The notes under the pieces are model-generated. The model had not been told where the DNA came from, ran no database searches, and worked only from the letters and a program-made list of their open reading frames with translations. From Escherichia coli (GTDB lineage Bacteria; Pseudomonadota; Gammaproteobacteria; Enterobacterales; Enterobacteriaceae), in NCBI RefSeq assembly GCF_044324785.1, contig NZ_CP172127.1: DNA of 64,000 nt. One strand, 5' to 3'. Of the stretch, positions 44,365 through 54,071 are shown piece by piece. The number at the start of each line of letters is the position of its first letter. The stretch's first letter is position 1. Both the position numbers and the translations under genes were made by a program.

Positions 44365-45905
44365 AAATACGTTCGCAAGTCGGCATGGTGCTTAATCTCG
44401 ATAAATGTATCGGCTGCCATACCTGTTCGGTGACCTGTAAAAACGTCTGGACCGGACGCGAAGGCATGGAGTACGCATGGTTTAACAACGTCGAAACCAA
44501 ACCGGGCATTGGTTATCCGAAAAACTGGGAAGATCAGGAAGAGTGGCAAGGCGGCTGGGTGCGTGATGTGAATGGCAAGATCCGCCCGCGTCTGGGCAGC
44601 AAGATGGGCGTAATAACCAAAATCTTCGCCAACCCGGTGGTGCCGCAGATTGATGATTACTACGAACCTTTCACCTTCGACTACGAACATTTGCATAGCG
44701 CACCGGAAGGCAAACATATCCCTACTGCTCGCCCGCGTTCACTGATTGACGGCAAACGGATGGACAAAGTGATCTGGGGGCCAAACTGGGAAGAATTGTT
44801 GGGCGGCGAATTCGAAAAACGCGCCCGTGACCGCAACTTCGAGGCCATGCAAAAGGAGATGTACGGGCAGTTTGAAAACACCTTCATGATGTACCTGCCG
44901 CGCTTGTGCGAACACTGCCTCAATCCCAGTTGCGTGGCGACCTGCCCAAGCGGCGCTATCTACAAACGCGAAGAAGACGGCATTGTGCTGATCGATCAGG
45001 ATAAATGCCGTGGCTGGCGTTTGTGCATTAGCGGTTGTCCGTACAAAAAAATCTACTTCAACTGGAAAAGCGGCAAGTCAGAAAAATGTATCTTCTGTTA
45101 CCCACGAATTGAGTCAGGCCAACCCACCGTGTGCTCAGAAACCTGCGTGGGTCGCATCCGGTATCTGGGCGTGCTGCTCTACGACGCCGACCGCATCGAA
45201 GAAGCAGCGAGTACCGAACGCGAGGTTGATCTCTATGAACGCCAGTGCGAAGTGTTCCTCGATCCGCACGATCCCTCGGTGATCGAAGAAGCCCTGAAAC
45301 AAGGTATTCCACAAAACGTGATTGACGCTGCCCAGCGTTCGCCTGTCTACAAAATGGCGATGGACTGGAAACTGGCACTACCGCTGCACCCTGAATACCG
45401 CACCCTGCCGATGGTCTGGTACGTTCCTCCGCTGTCACCGATTCAGTCCTACGCTGATGCGGGAGGTTTGCCGAAAAGCGAAGGCGTGCTGCCCGCCATC
45501 GAAAGCCTGCGTATTCCGGTGCAATATCTCGCCAATATGTTGAGTGCCGGTGATACCGGTCCGGTACTGCGGGCGCTGAAACGGATGATGGCGATGCGCC
45601 ACTATATGCGTTCACAAACCGTGGAAGGCGTTACTGATACTCGTGCCATCGACGAAGTAGGCCTGAGCGTCGCCCAGGTCGAAGAGATGTATCGTTACCT
45701 CGCCATTGCCAACTATGAAGATCGTTTTGTTATCCCGACCAGCCATCGGGAAATGGCGGGCGATGCCTTCGCAGAACGCAACGGCTGCGGTTTTACCTTT
45801 GGCGACGGTTGCCACGGTTCGGACAGTAAATTCAACCTGTTCAACAGTAGCCGTATCGATGCCATCAACATCACCGAAGTGCGCGACAAAGCGGAGGGCG
45901 AATAA
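44361..45905 (+). CDS. narY: Respiratory nitrate reductase Z beta subunit (Fe-S), 514 aa
   Basis: Matches NarY/NarH; start overlaps the narZ stop. Confidence 0.92.
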   Translation: MKIRSQVGMVLNLDKCIGCHTCSVTCKNVWTGREGMEYAWFNNVETKPGIGYPKNWEDQEEWQGGWVRDVNGKIRPRLGSKMGVITKIFANPVVPQIDDYYEPFTFDYEHLHSAPEGKHIPTARPRSLIDGKRMDKVIWGPNWEELLGGEFEKRARDRNFEAMQKEMYGQFENTFMMYLPRLCEHCLNPSCVATCPSGAIYKREEDGIVLIDQDKCRGWRLCISGCPYKKIYFNWKSGKSEKCIFCYPRIESGQPTVCSETCVGRIRYLGVLLYDADRIEEAASTEREVDLYERQCEVFLDPHDPSVIEEALKQGIPQNVIDAAQRSPVYKMAMDWKLALPLHPEYRTLPMVWYVPPLSPIQSYADAGGLPKSEGVLPAIESLRIPVQYLANMLSAGDTGPVLRALKRMMAMRHYMRSQTVEGVTDTRAIDEVGLSVAQVEEMYRYLAIANYEDRFVIPTSHREMAGDAFAERNGCGFTFGDGCHGSDSKFNLFNSSRIDAINITEVRDKAEGE

Positions 45906-46600
45906 TGCAGATCCTCAAAGTGATCGGCCTGTTGATGGACTATCCGGACGAGCTGTTATGGGAATGTAAGGAGGACGCGCTGGCGTTGATCCGCCGCGAC
46001 GCACCGATGCTTACGGATTTTACCCGCAACCTGCTTAACGCGCCGCTGCTGGATAAACAGGCCGAATGGTGCGAAGTGTTTGACCGTGGACGTACCACAT
46101 CGCTGCTGCTGTTCGAACATGTTCATGCCGAGTCCCGCGATCGCGGCCAGGCAATGGTGGACCTGCTGGCGGAGTATGAAAAGGTCGGTCTGCAGTTGGA
46201 TTGTCGAGAACTGCCCGATTATCTGCCGCTGTATCTGGAGTACTTAAGCGTACTGCCGGACGATCAGGCGAAAGAAGGCTTGCTCAACGTTGCGCCGATC
46301 CTCGCCCTGCTTGGCGGACGCTTAAAACAACGCGAGGCACCGTGGTACGCGTTATTTGACACCCTGTTGCAACTGGCAGGAAGTACACTTTCAAGTGACA
46401 GTGTCACAAAACAGGTGAACAGTGAGGAGCGCGATGACACCCGCCAGGCACTGGATGCGGTGTGGGAAGAGGAACAGGTGAAGTTTATTGAAGATAACGC
46501 CACGGCGTGTGACAGCTCGCCGCTTAATCAATATCAGCGACGCTTTAGCCAGGATGTCGCGCCGCAGTATGTCGACATCAGTGCGGGAGGTGGGAAATGA
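45905..46600 (+). CDS. narW: Nitrate reductase Z assembly chaperone (NarJ-like), 231 aa
   Basis: Matches NarW; start overlaps the narY stop. Confidence 0.9.
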
Positions 46601-47277
46601 TTCAGTATCTGAACGTCTTTTTTTATGATATCTACCCGTACATTTGTGCGACGGTGTTTTTCCTCGGCAGCTGGCTGCGCTACGACTACGGGCAGTACAC
46701 CTGGCGCGCCTCCTCAAGTCAAATGCTCGATAAACGCGGGATGGTGATATGGTCGAATCTGTTCCATATTGGCATTTTGGGGATTTTCTTCGGGCACCTG
46801 TTCGGCATGTTAACGCCGCACTGGATGTACGCGTGGTTTTTGCCAGTGGCAGCGAAACAACTAATGGCGATGGTACTCGGCGGCATTTGTGGTGTGTTGA
46901 CGTTGATTGGCGGCGCAGGACTGCTGTGGCGCAGGCTGACTAATCAGCGCGTGCGTGCAACTTCCACTACGCCGGATATTATCATCATGAGCATTTTGCT
47001 GATCCAGTGTCTGCTGGGGCTAAGTACCATACCGTTTTCAGCACAGTATCCTGATGGTAGCGAAATGATGAAGCTGGTGGGTTGGGCGCAAAGCATTGTC
47101 ACTTTCCGTGGTGGATCGTCAGAAATGCTTAACGGCGTAGCGTTCGTTTTCCGCCTGCATCTGGTATTGGGAATGACCATCTTCCTGCTCTTCCCGTTCA
47201 CCCGACTGGTGCATGTGTGGAGCGCTCCGTTTGAGTACTTTACTCGTCGGTATCAGATTGTGCGTTCGCGGCGATAA
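46597..47277 (+). CDS. narV: Respiratory nitrate reductase Z gamma subunit (cytochrome b), 226 aa
   Basis: Matches NarV/NarI; multi-pass membrane protein. Confidence 0.9.
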
Positions 47278-47286
47278 TTTTCACCC

Positions 47287-47314
47287 TGGCCGGATAGCCC
47301 TTCGCTCTCCGGCC
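47287..47314. repeat. GC-rich stem-loop (REP-like/terminator) after narV
   Basis: Inverted repeat TGGCCGGA...TCCGGCCA directly after the narV stop. Confidence 0.35.
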
Positions 47315-47356
47315 ACTTGCAGGCTATGATAGTTCTCCAGCCACAGGAGAACGTTA

Positions 47357-48250
47357 ATGAAACCGCAGGTGTACCACGTCGATGCTTTTACATCACAACC
47401 GTTTCGCGGCAATTCTGCCGGTGTTGTTTTCCCCGCCGATAATCTCAGTGAAGCGCAAATGCAGCTTATTGCCCGCGAATTAGGTCATTCGGAAACTGCT
47501 TTTCTGCTGCACAGCGACGACAGCGATGTGCGCATCCGCTACTTTACGCCAACGGTTGAAGTTCCGATTTGTGGCCACGCGACAGTAGCTGCGCACTATG
47601 TACGTGCAAAGGTGTTAGGTTTAGGAAATTGCACGGTCTGGCAAACGTCACTGGCAGGAAAACACCGCGTGACTATCGAAAAGCATAACGATGATTATCG
47701 TATTTCGCTGGAACAAGGTCCGCCGGGCTTTGAGCCACCGCTGGAAGGTGAAACACGTGCAGCGATTATCAACGCGCTTCATCTCACTGAGGACGATATT
47801 CTGCCAGGCTTGCCAATTCAGGTGGCAACAACAGGACACTCAAAAGTGATGATCCCGTTGAAACCAGAAGTGGATATCGACGCCCTTTCGCCTGATCTTG
47901 CTGCGCTGAGCGCTATCAGCAAACAGATTGGCTGCAATGGTTTCTTCCCGTTCCAGATCCGCCCAGGCAAAAACGAAACCGATGGTCGTATGTTCTCGCC
48001 TGCCATTGGTATTGTGGAAGATCCGGTGACTGGCAATGCCAATGGCCCGATGGGTGCATGGTTGGTACATCACAACGTATTGCCCCACGATGGCAACGTG
48101 TTGCATGTTAAAGGCCATCAGGGGCGCGCATTAGGGCGTGACGGCGTGATTGAAGTGACGGTGACAATTCGCGATAACCAACCGGAGAAAGTCACCATTT
48201 CTGGCACAGCGGTGATTTTGTTTCATGCCGAATGGGCAATTGAATTCTGA
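47357..48250 (+). CDS. yddE: PhzF-family isomerase-like protein, 297 aa
   Basis: Matches YddE (PhzF/DapF-like fold). Confidence 0.85.
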   Translation: MKPQVYHVDAFTSQPFRGNSAGVVFPADNLSEAQMQLIARELGHSETAFLLHSDDSDVRIRYFTPTVEVPICGHATVAAHYVRAKVLGLGNCTVWQTSLAGKHRVTIEKHNDDYRISLEQGPPGFEPPLEGETRAAIINALHLTEDDILPGLPIQVATTGHSKVMIPLKPEVDIDALSPDLAALSAISKQIGCNGFFPFQIRPGKNETDGRMFSPAIGIVEDPVTGNANGPMGAWLVHHNVLPHDGNVLHVKGHQGRALGRDGVIEVTVTIRDNQPEKVTISGTAVILFHAEWAIEF

Positions 48251-48359
48251 AACCGTTGCCTGGTGCGCTTCTCTTATCAGGTCTACAACCGAGCTAACGT
48301 ATGCCGGATAAGGCGTTTGAACTGCACCCCAAATGTTGGACATAATCTGACATCTGAAG

Positions 48360-48890
48360 GTGCAGTTTATGAAACATTCATTTGAAGTAAAACTTGCCGC
48401 TGTAAATCATTACCTGGCTGGTCATGCAGGCATCATTTCTACGGCAAAACTCTTTCAACTTTCTCACACCAGCCTCTCACACTGGATTAATCTTTTTCTT
48501 CTTCACGGTCCTCGGGCACTGGATTGCAGACACAAGCGTAGCTATTCTCCTGAAGATAAACTTTGCGTGGTTCTTTATGCTCTCGGGCATTCTGAGTCTC
48601 TACCCCGGGTAGCTGCCCGGTTTAACATTCCCAGCCACAACACGGTTAAAAACTGGATAAAAGGCTACCGCAAATCTGGTAATGAGGCCTTTATCAGGCG
48701 CAGGAAGGAGAAAAGCATGACCCGTTCTGATGATACCCATGAAAACGAGGCAAACATGACGCCGGAAGAGATGAAGAATGAGCTGCGTTATCTTCGCGCA
48801 GAAAATGCATATCTGAAAGCCATGCAGGAGCATCTCCTGGAAAAAAAGCGCCAGGAGCTGGAGAAAAAACGAAAGTCATCCGGAGCCTGA
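48360..48890 (+). CDS. IS3-family transposase OrfA (HTH), 176 aa
   Basis: HTH/leucine-zipper OrfA; slippery heptamer A-AAA-AAG at about 48842..48848, in frame. Confidence 0.85.
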   Translation: MQFMKHSFEVKLAAVNHYLAGHAGIISTAKLFQLSHTSLSHWINLFLLHGPRALDCRHKRSYSPEDKLCVVLYALGHSESLPRVAARFNIPSHNTVKNWIKGYRKSGNEAFIRRRKEKSMTRSDDTHENEANMTPEEMKNELRYLRAENAYLKAMQEHLLEKKRQELEKKRKSSGA

Positions 48891-48994
48891 GGTGCGGACA
48901 CTGCCAGTCTGACCTGTTAAAGGCTGCAGGGCTGGCCAGAAGCACGCTGTACTACCAGCTGTCACTGCAGAAGGCTAAGGACAAGTATGCTGAT

Positions 48995-49749
<755 letters not shown>

Positions 49750-49780
49750 GTTTACGCCGCATCCGGCAACCTGACATAAA

Positions 49781-50626
49781 TTATTTTCCCGCCTCCGGGT
49801 GCGTATCAAACGCCGCCATCACCAGCGCTAACTCATCCACGGTAAAGCCATGTTTCGCATCATCCACCCCCAGACCAAACTGTTCCTGCATCACGGCATA
49901 TAACGACGCCACATCTGGTAGATTTCGCTGCTCCACCGCGTGCCCATTTTCATAATGGGTAAAATGAAAATTGGTCAGTGTCAGCTTGCCGCCGTCCGGC
50001 AAATGGCGGCACATCAGCAAATGATGGCGAAAATGCGACTGCGGCCAGTGCGCAGACCAGAAATTGCCCATTACATAATCGCTTTGTTGCTGCTCGCAGA
50101 GATCAAAACGGTACATCGACTGCCAGTGCTGATGATGATTAAACTGCAACACCCAATCATCACCCGCCTGTAACAACCGATACTCTCCGTGTGGCGTGAT
50201 CTGCACGAGATCGGGAACTAAACGAATCGGCGCGGTTAGCGTCTGTCCACCGAAACCGACATCAGCAATCCATTTTTCCCCTTCCAGTTCCACCAACAAC
50301 AAACGATGGGTGCGCGGCGGTAATGCTGGCGGATTTGATAACACTACGCGCCCTAACAAGCTGCGAACGTTAAACCCCAGCTCGCGTAACACCCGCTCAA
50401 ACACGCCATTCTGCTCAAAACAGTAACCGCCACGACGGGCTATCACCAGTTTCTCTTCCAGCGATTGATCATCAAGCTGTATTTCCCTCGGCAGCAAAAC
50501 GTCGAGATTTTCAAACGGAATGGTGCAATTGTGTTTCAGGTGCAATGCACGCAGCGTATCAATATTGGCCGCAGCAGCTCCCGACCAGTTAATACGGGCA
50601 AAATAATGATTCAGAATGGGCGTCAT
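49781..50626 (-). CDS. nhoA: N-hydroxyarylamine O-acetyltransferase, 281 aa
   Basis: Matches NhoA (arylamine N-acetyltransferase family). Confidence 0.9.
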   Translation of the reverse strand: MTPILNHYFARINWSGAAAANIDTLRALHLKHNCTIPFENLDVLLPREIQLDDQSLEEKLVIARRGGYCFEQNGVFERVLRELGFNVRSLLGRVVLSNPPALPPRTHRLLLVELEGEKWIADVGFGGQTLTAPIRLVPDLVQITPHGEYRLLQAGDDWVLQFNHHQHWQSMYRFDLCEQQQSDYVMGNFWSAHWPQSHFRHHLLMCRHLPDGGKLTLTNFHFTHYENGHAVEQRNLPDVASLYAVMQEQFGLGVDDAKHGFTVDELALVMAAFDTHPEAGK

Positions 50627-50798
50627 CAGGCGTTTCCCTTAGTGGTTTTCTCAACTTATAACCTGGAATAGACGCCGCACCGGCTATTTTGTGCGATCGC
50701 GGACATGCATCACGTTTGCAAATCGCCAATCCCGTTAATTTCGTTACTTATTGCGTTACGGGCTACGCTTAAAAAAACCTTCTTCGCGAGGCGATACC

Positions 50799-51368
50799 AT
50801 GAGCCGATTTATCCCCGTCGAATTACACCATGCCAGCCGTCTGTTAAATCATGGCCCAACTATTTTGATAACAACTTTTGATGAAAAATCACAGCGACGT
50901 AATGTGATGGCTGCGGCCTGGTCGATGCCGGTAGAGTTTGAACCGCCACGTGTTGCGATCGTGGTAGATAAATCGACATGGACCAGGGAGTTGATTGAAC
51001 GTAACGGTAAATTTGGCATCGTTATCCCGGGCGTTGCAGCAACTAACTGGACGTGGGCGGTGGGAAGTGTGTCGGGGCGTGATGAAGATAAGTTTAATTG
51101 CTATGGTATTCCGGTTGTGAAAGGTCCGGTACTTGGTTTGCCTCTGGTCGAGGAAAAATGTCTGGCGTGGATGGAGTGTCGCCTGCTACCTGCGACTTCT
51201 GCGCAAGAAAAATACGACACACTGTTTGGCGAGGTAGTATCAGCAGCGGCAGACGCACGGGTATTTGTCGAAGGCCGCTGGCAGTTTGATGATGATAAAC
51301 TCAATACACTACATCATTTAGGTGCTGGCACGTTTGTTACCAGCGGCAAGCGAGTCACCGCGGGCTAA
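50799..51368 (+). CDS. yddH: Flavin reductase-like protein, 189 aa
   Basis: MSRFIPVELHHASRLLNHGPTILITT...; internal ATG of track ORF 50751..51368. Confidence 0.8.
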   Translation: MSRFIPVELHHASRLLNHGPTILITTFDEKSQRRNVMAAAWSMPVEFEPPRVAIVVDKSTWTRELIERNGKFGIVIPGVAATNWTWAVGSVSGRDEDKFNCYGIPVVKGPVLGLPLVEEKCLAWMECRLLPATSAQEKYDTLFGEVVSAAADARVFVEGRWQFDDDKLNTLHHLGAGTFVTSGKRVTAG

Positions 51369-51997
51369 AGAATCATATGCAGCAACCAAGTTGCTTAAGC
51401 AATGTTTCAATATGAGTTAAAAGCATATTTTATCTCACGATTGCATATTTTTAGTGAAGATTAATTTATCCTCACCAACATCATAGTAATTGCGTATTAT
51501 AGCTTCATTGATAAAGCCCTGTTTTGTATAAAATGCGCGGGTGGCACTAAAATCGATATGGCTGGAAGTCTCTACTAAAAGTAGTCTTGCGTGATTGGGA
51601 CAGGTCAAGAAAAAGCAGTTTTGCAGTTTTTTATTTTAGGGCACAGTTGCGAAAATTGAATCCCTTATGGACTAATGTGAGAAAATCCCGAGGTATGACT
51701 GTTTTGATATAGTGGACAATCAAGCGTCTCGAATTAACAATGAATTTCAGGTGCCAAGCCTTACAATTTGTAGCATGACGGATATAGGACAACATTAGGA
51801 AATCGGACAGAAAATTCATCATAATAAAATGACAACTTATCTCTTTCTCTCACTTTCTGAGAAATTTCACAAAAGTATAAACTGAGCCAATATGCCTTTA
51901 TATATAAAAAATACTCATGTTTATTATTATCGGAAAAAGCCAAGATTTGATTAAGGTGTATTAGTCGCGACTTGATCTGACACTGAGCCCTGAAAGG

Positions 51998-52243
51998 TTG
52001 AGAGTTACCGGTTTTGATATGGGTGTCGAATCCTTATACAAAACACGGGTAACTCTCATGCTTCATACTACCAATCCCGTTATCAAACACAAAGCCAGTT
52101 TGCTCAATCTGGCTGAAGAACTCAGCAACGTATCAAAAGCCTGTAAAATCATGGGCGTTTCGCGTGATACGTTTTATCGTTACCGCGAACTGGCCGATGA
52201 AGGCAGGGAAAGATTACGAAAGCCCGCTCCCTGCAAGGACTGA
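51998..52243 (+). pseudogene. Transposase N-terminal HTH fragment (IS remnant), truncated at the H-repeat element
   Basis: Short ORF with a transposase-like HTH (KACKIMGVSRDTFYRYRELADEG) ending where the H-repeat gene ends; no catalytic domain follows. Confidence 0.4.
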
Positions 52244-53350
52244 CGCCAGGTAGTTTCTGTCCATGGCTGCTTTTCGCATCTTACGTCTTAACCCTGCCTT
52301 GAATACCTTATCATTCGTTAAAATATTAATAGCGATGTGCCGTATCCCTGAAAATAATTCTGCTGCATTTCCTCTTCTTATTTTGCAGTCGTCTTCATTC
52401 ATTACCACGTCCAGACGCCAGTGCAGCTTATTCTCCACGTGCCAGTGATTTCGGATCGCTGTGGCGAACTTCTCAGCGGTTAAATCAGCAGAACTGATGT
52501 AATATCTGACCGTCATTTCTGGCTCTTTCTTTTGTTCTGCTATTATGGACCGAAAGGAGACTGCCACGCATAATTTCTTCAGTCCTTTCCATTCAAACGT
52601 GAAATCAATAAGTTCATCAGGGACATCGCAAACAATATGAAGACGGATTTCTTCTCTGCCTTGACTTTTTTCACTAATTGCGTAACTGTCATGCTCTGGA
52701 TTATTTAATTCTTTCAGTGGGAATTTTTCCTCAAAGGCTTTATTAAGCCGCCCCTGATTTCCTTTTACAGCGAATAAATAATCACCGCCCTGTTTTTGTA
52801 TCTTCTCTGCGATATCTTTCTGGCAACCCATCGCATCAGTTGTGATAATTTTTCCTTTAATATCCAGCATGTTAAGAAGTTCAGGGATAGCTGTGATCTC
52901 ATTGGATTTCTTATCCGTCCTGATCTGTCCGATGACAAGACTGTGCATTGTTGAGAACGCACTAATGACATGAATCGCTCCCCTGCGGCGACTCTTGTCA
53001 TAAGAATGCCGGAGCGTTTTTCCATCAATTGCAATAACGTCTTTATCATCTGAAGAATGGCAGTCACGCATCCCGTTAATAAAGCACTCGTGAAATTTTA
53101 CAGGACTGATACAGGATACAACTCTGGCAATGGTATCGTGAACAGGAATACCATTTTCAAAATCACCATATTGCTTCAAAAAATCGAGATGTGTTTCCCC
53201 AAAATCCTCTATATCTTCCCAGCATTCTGCACCAGAAATAACGGCACAAATAGTCAACAGTAGAATATCCGACAATTTATGTTCCACTTTCTAGGCTTGT
53301 CTGTAATCGGGGATAATAGAAATATGTTCCATCAATTTTTTCAGTTCCAT
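52214..53350 (-). pseudogene. H-repeat-associated (ISAs1-family) transposase gene with an in-frame amber codon at codon 20
   Basis: Track ORF 52214..53287 matches the YhhI/YdcC-type H-rpt protein from [21 protein letters not shown]...; the in-frame sequence upstream reads [29 protein letters not shown] (ATG at 53348..53350, TAG at 53291..53293, where intact homologs have TGG). Confidence 0.75.
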
Positions 53351-53630
53351 TTTGTTCTCCTTAATTATGTAAGGAGTATTTGATCATGTATACGCAATAA
53401 AAAACAGCTTTAGGTAATAAGGAATATCTCAATTTTTAAACATAAAATGCGAATTATTTAGTACAAAAAGTGAACTTCTGATGATCTTTCCCTGCCCATT
53501 GGGTTCATTAAGATCAAGAATAATGGGAATATGCTCAAGAAGACTTTGAATGTTCACCAGACGTCCTTTTCTAATATATTTAATTATTTGGCGATTAAAT
53601 TTTAATCAAATCAACAAGGTAAAACCAAGA

Positions 53631-53660
53631 TTAAAGTTGTGATGATAATCACAACTTTAA
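53631..53660. repeat. Perfect 13-bp-arm inverted repeat (TTAAAGTTGTGAT-GATA-ATCACAACTTTAA)
   Basis: Perfect palindrome in the AT-rich spacer between the H-repeat element and the rhs-associated immunity ORF. Confidence 0.5.
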
Positions 53661-53696
53661 TGATCTTCCCCTGATTCCTCCAGTCCTTTTATTTGG

Positions 53697-54071
53697 TTAC
53701 TCTAATGGTTTTATTAATTGTAAATTTTTAAATGTCATGCTTAATAAGCCATCAGAAAAATAAAGAAAAAATTTATATATCCTTTTGTTTTTTAATTTCT
53801 TTATATACCCATTACTTATATTACCTGACTTGTGATTATCGATTAACTCAGCAGAATCCATAGCGAACACTAAATCATCTACATCAGAAAATTCAACTAT
53901 CATTTTTTCCCTAATGTTCTCATTTTTATAAATGTCAATAAATAACGTCATGTTAAAATGAGATTCTTTGAATGTCGTTTTTACTTCTAACAAAACCCCA
54001 TCATGCCAGTCAATTGAACTCACAATGTCAAAATCGCTCATTATATAATCTCCATTATCCGTTTTAATCAT
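53697..54071 (-). CDS. Candidate immunity protein for the downstream Rhs C-terminal domain, ~124 aa
   Basis: Small low-GC ORF starting at or just after the stop of the rhs C-terminal domain; no signal peptide; alternative start at 54041. Confidence 0.55.
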   Translation of the reverse strand: MIKTDNGDYIMSDFDIVSSIDWHDGVLLEVKTTFKESHFNMTLFIDIYKNENIREKMIVEFSDVDDLVFAMDSAELIDNHKSGNISNGYIKKLKNKRIYKFFLYFSDGLLSMTFKNLQLIKPLE

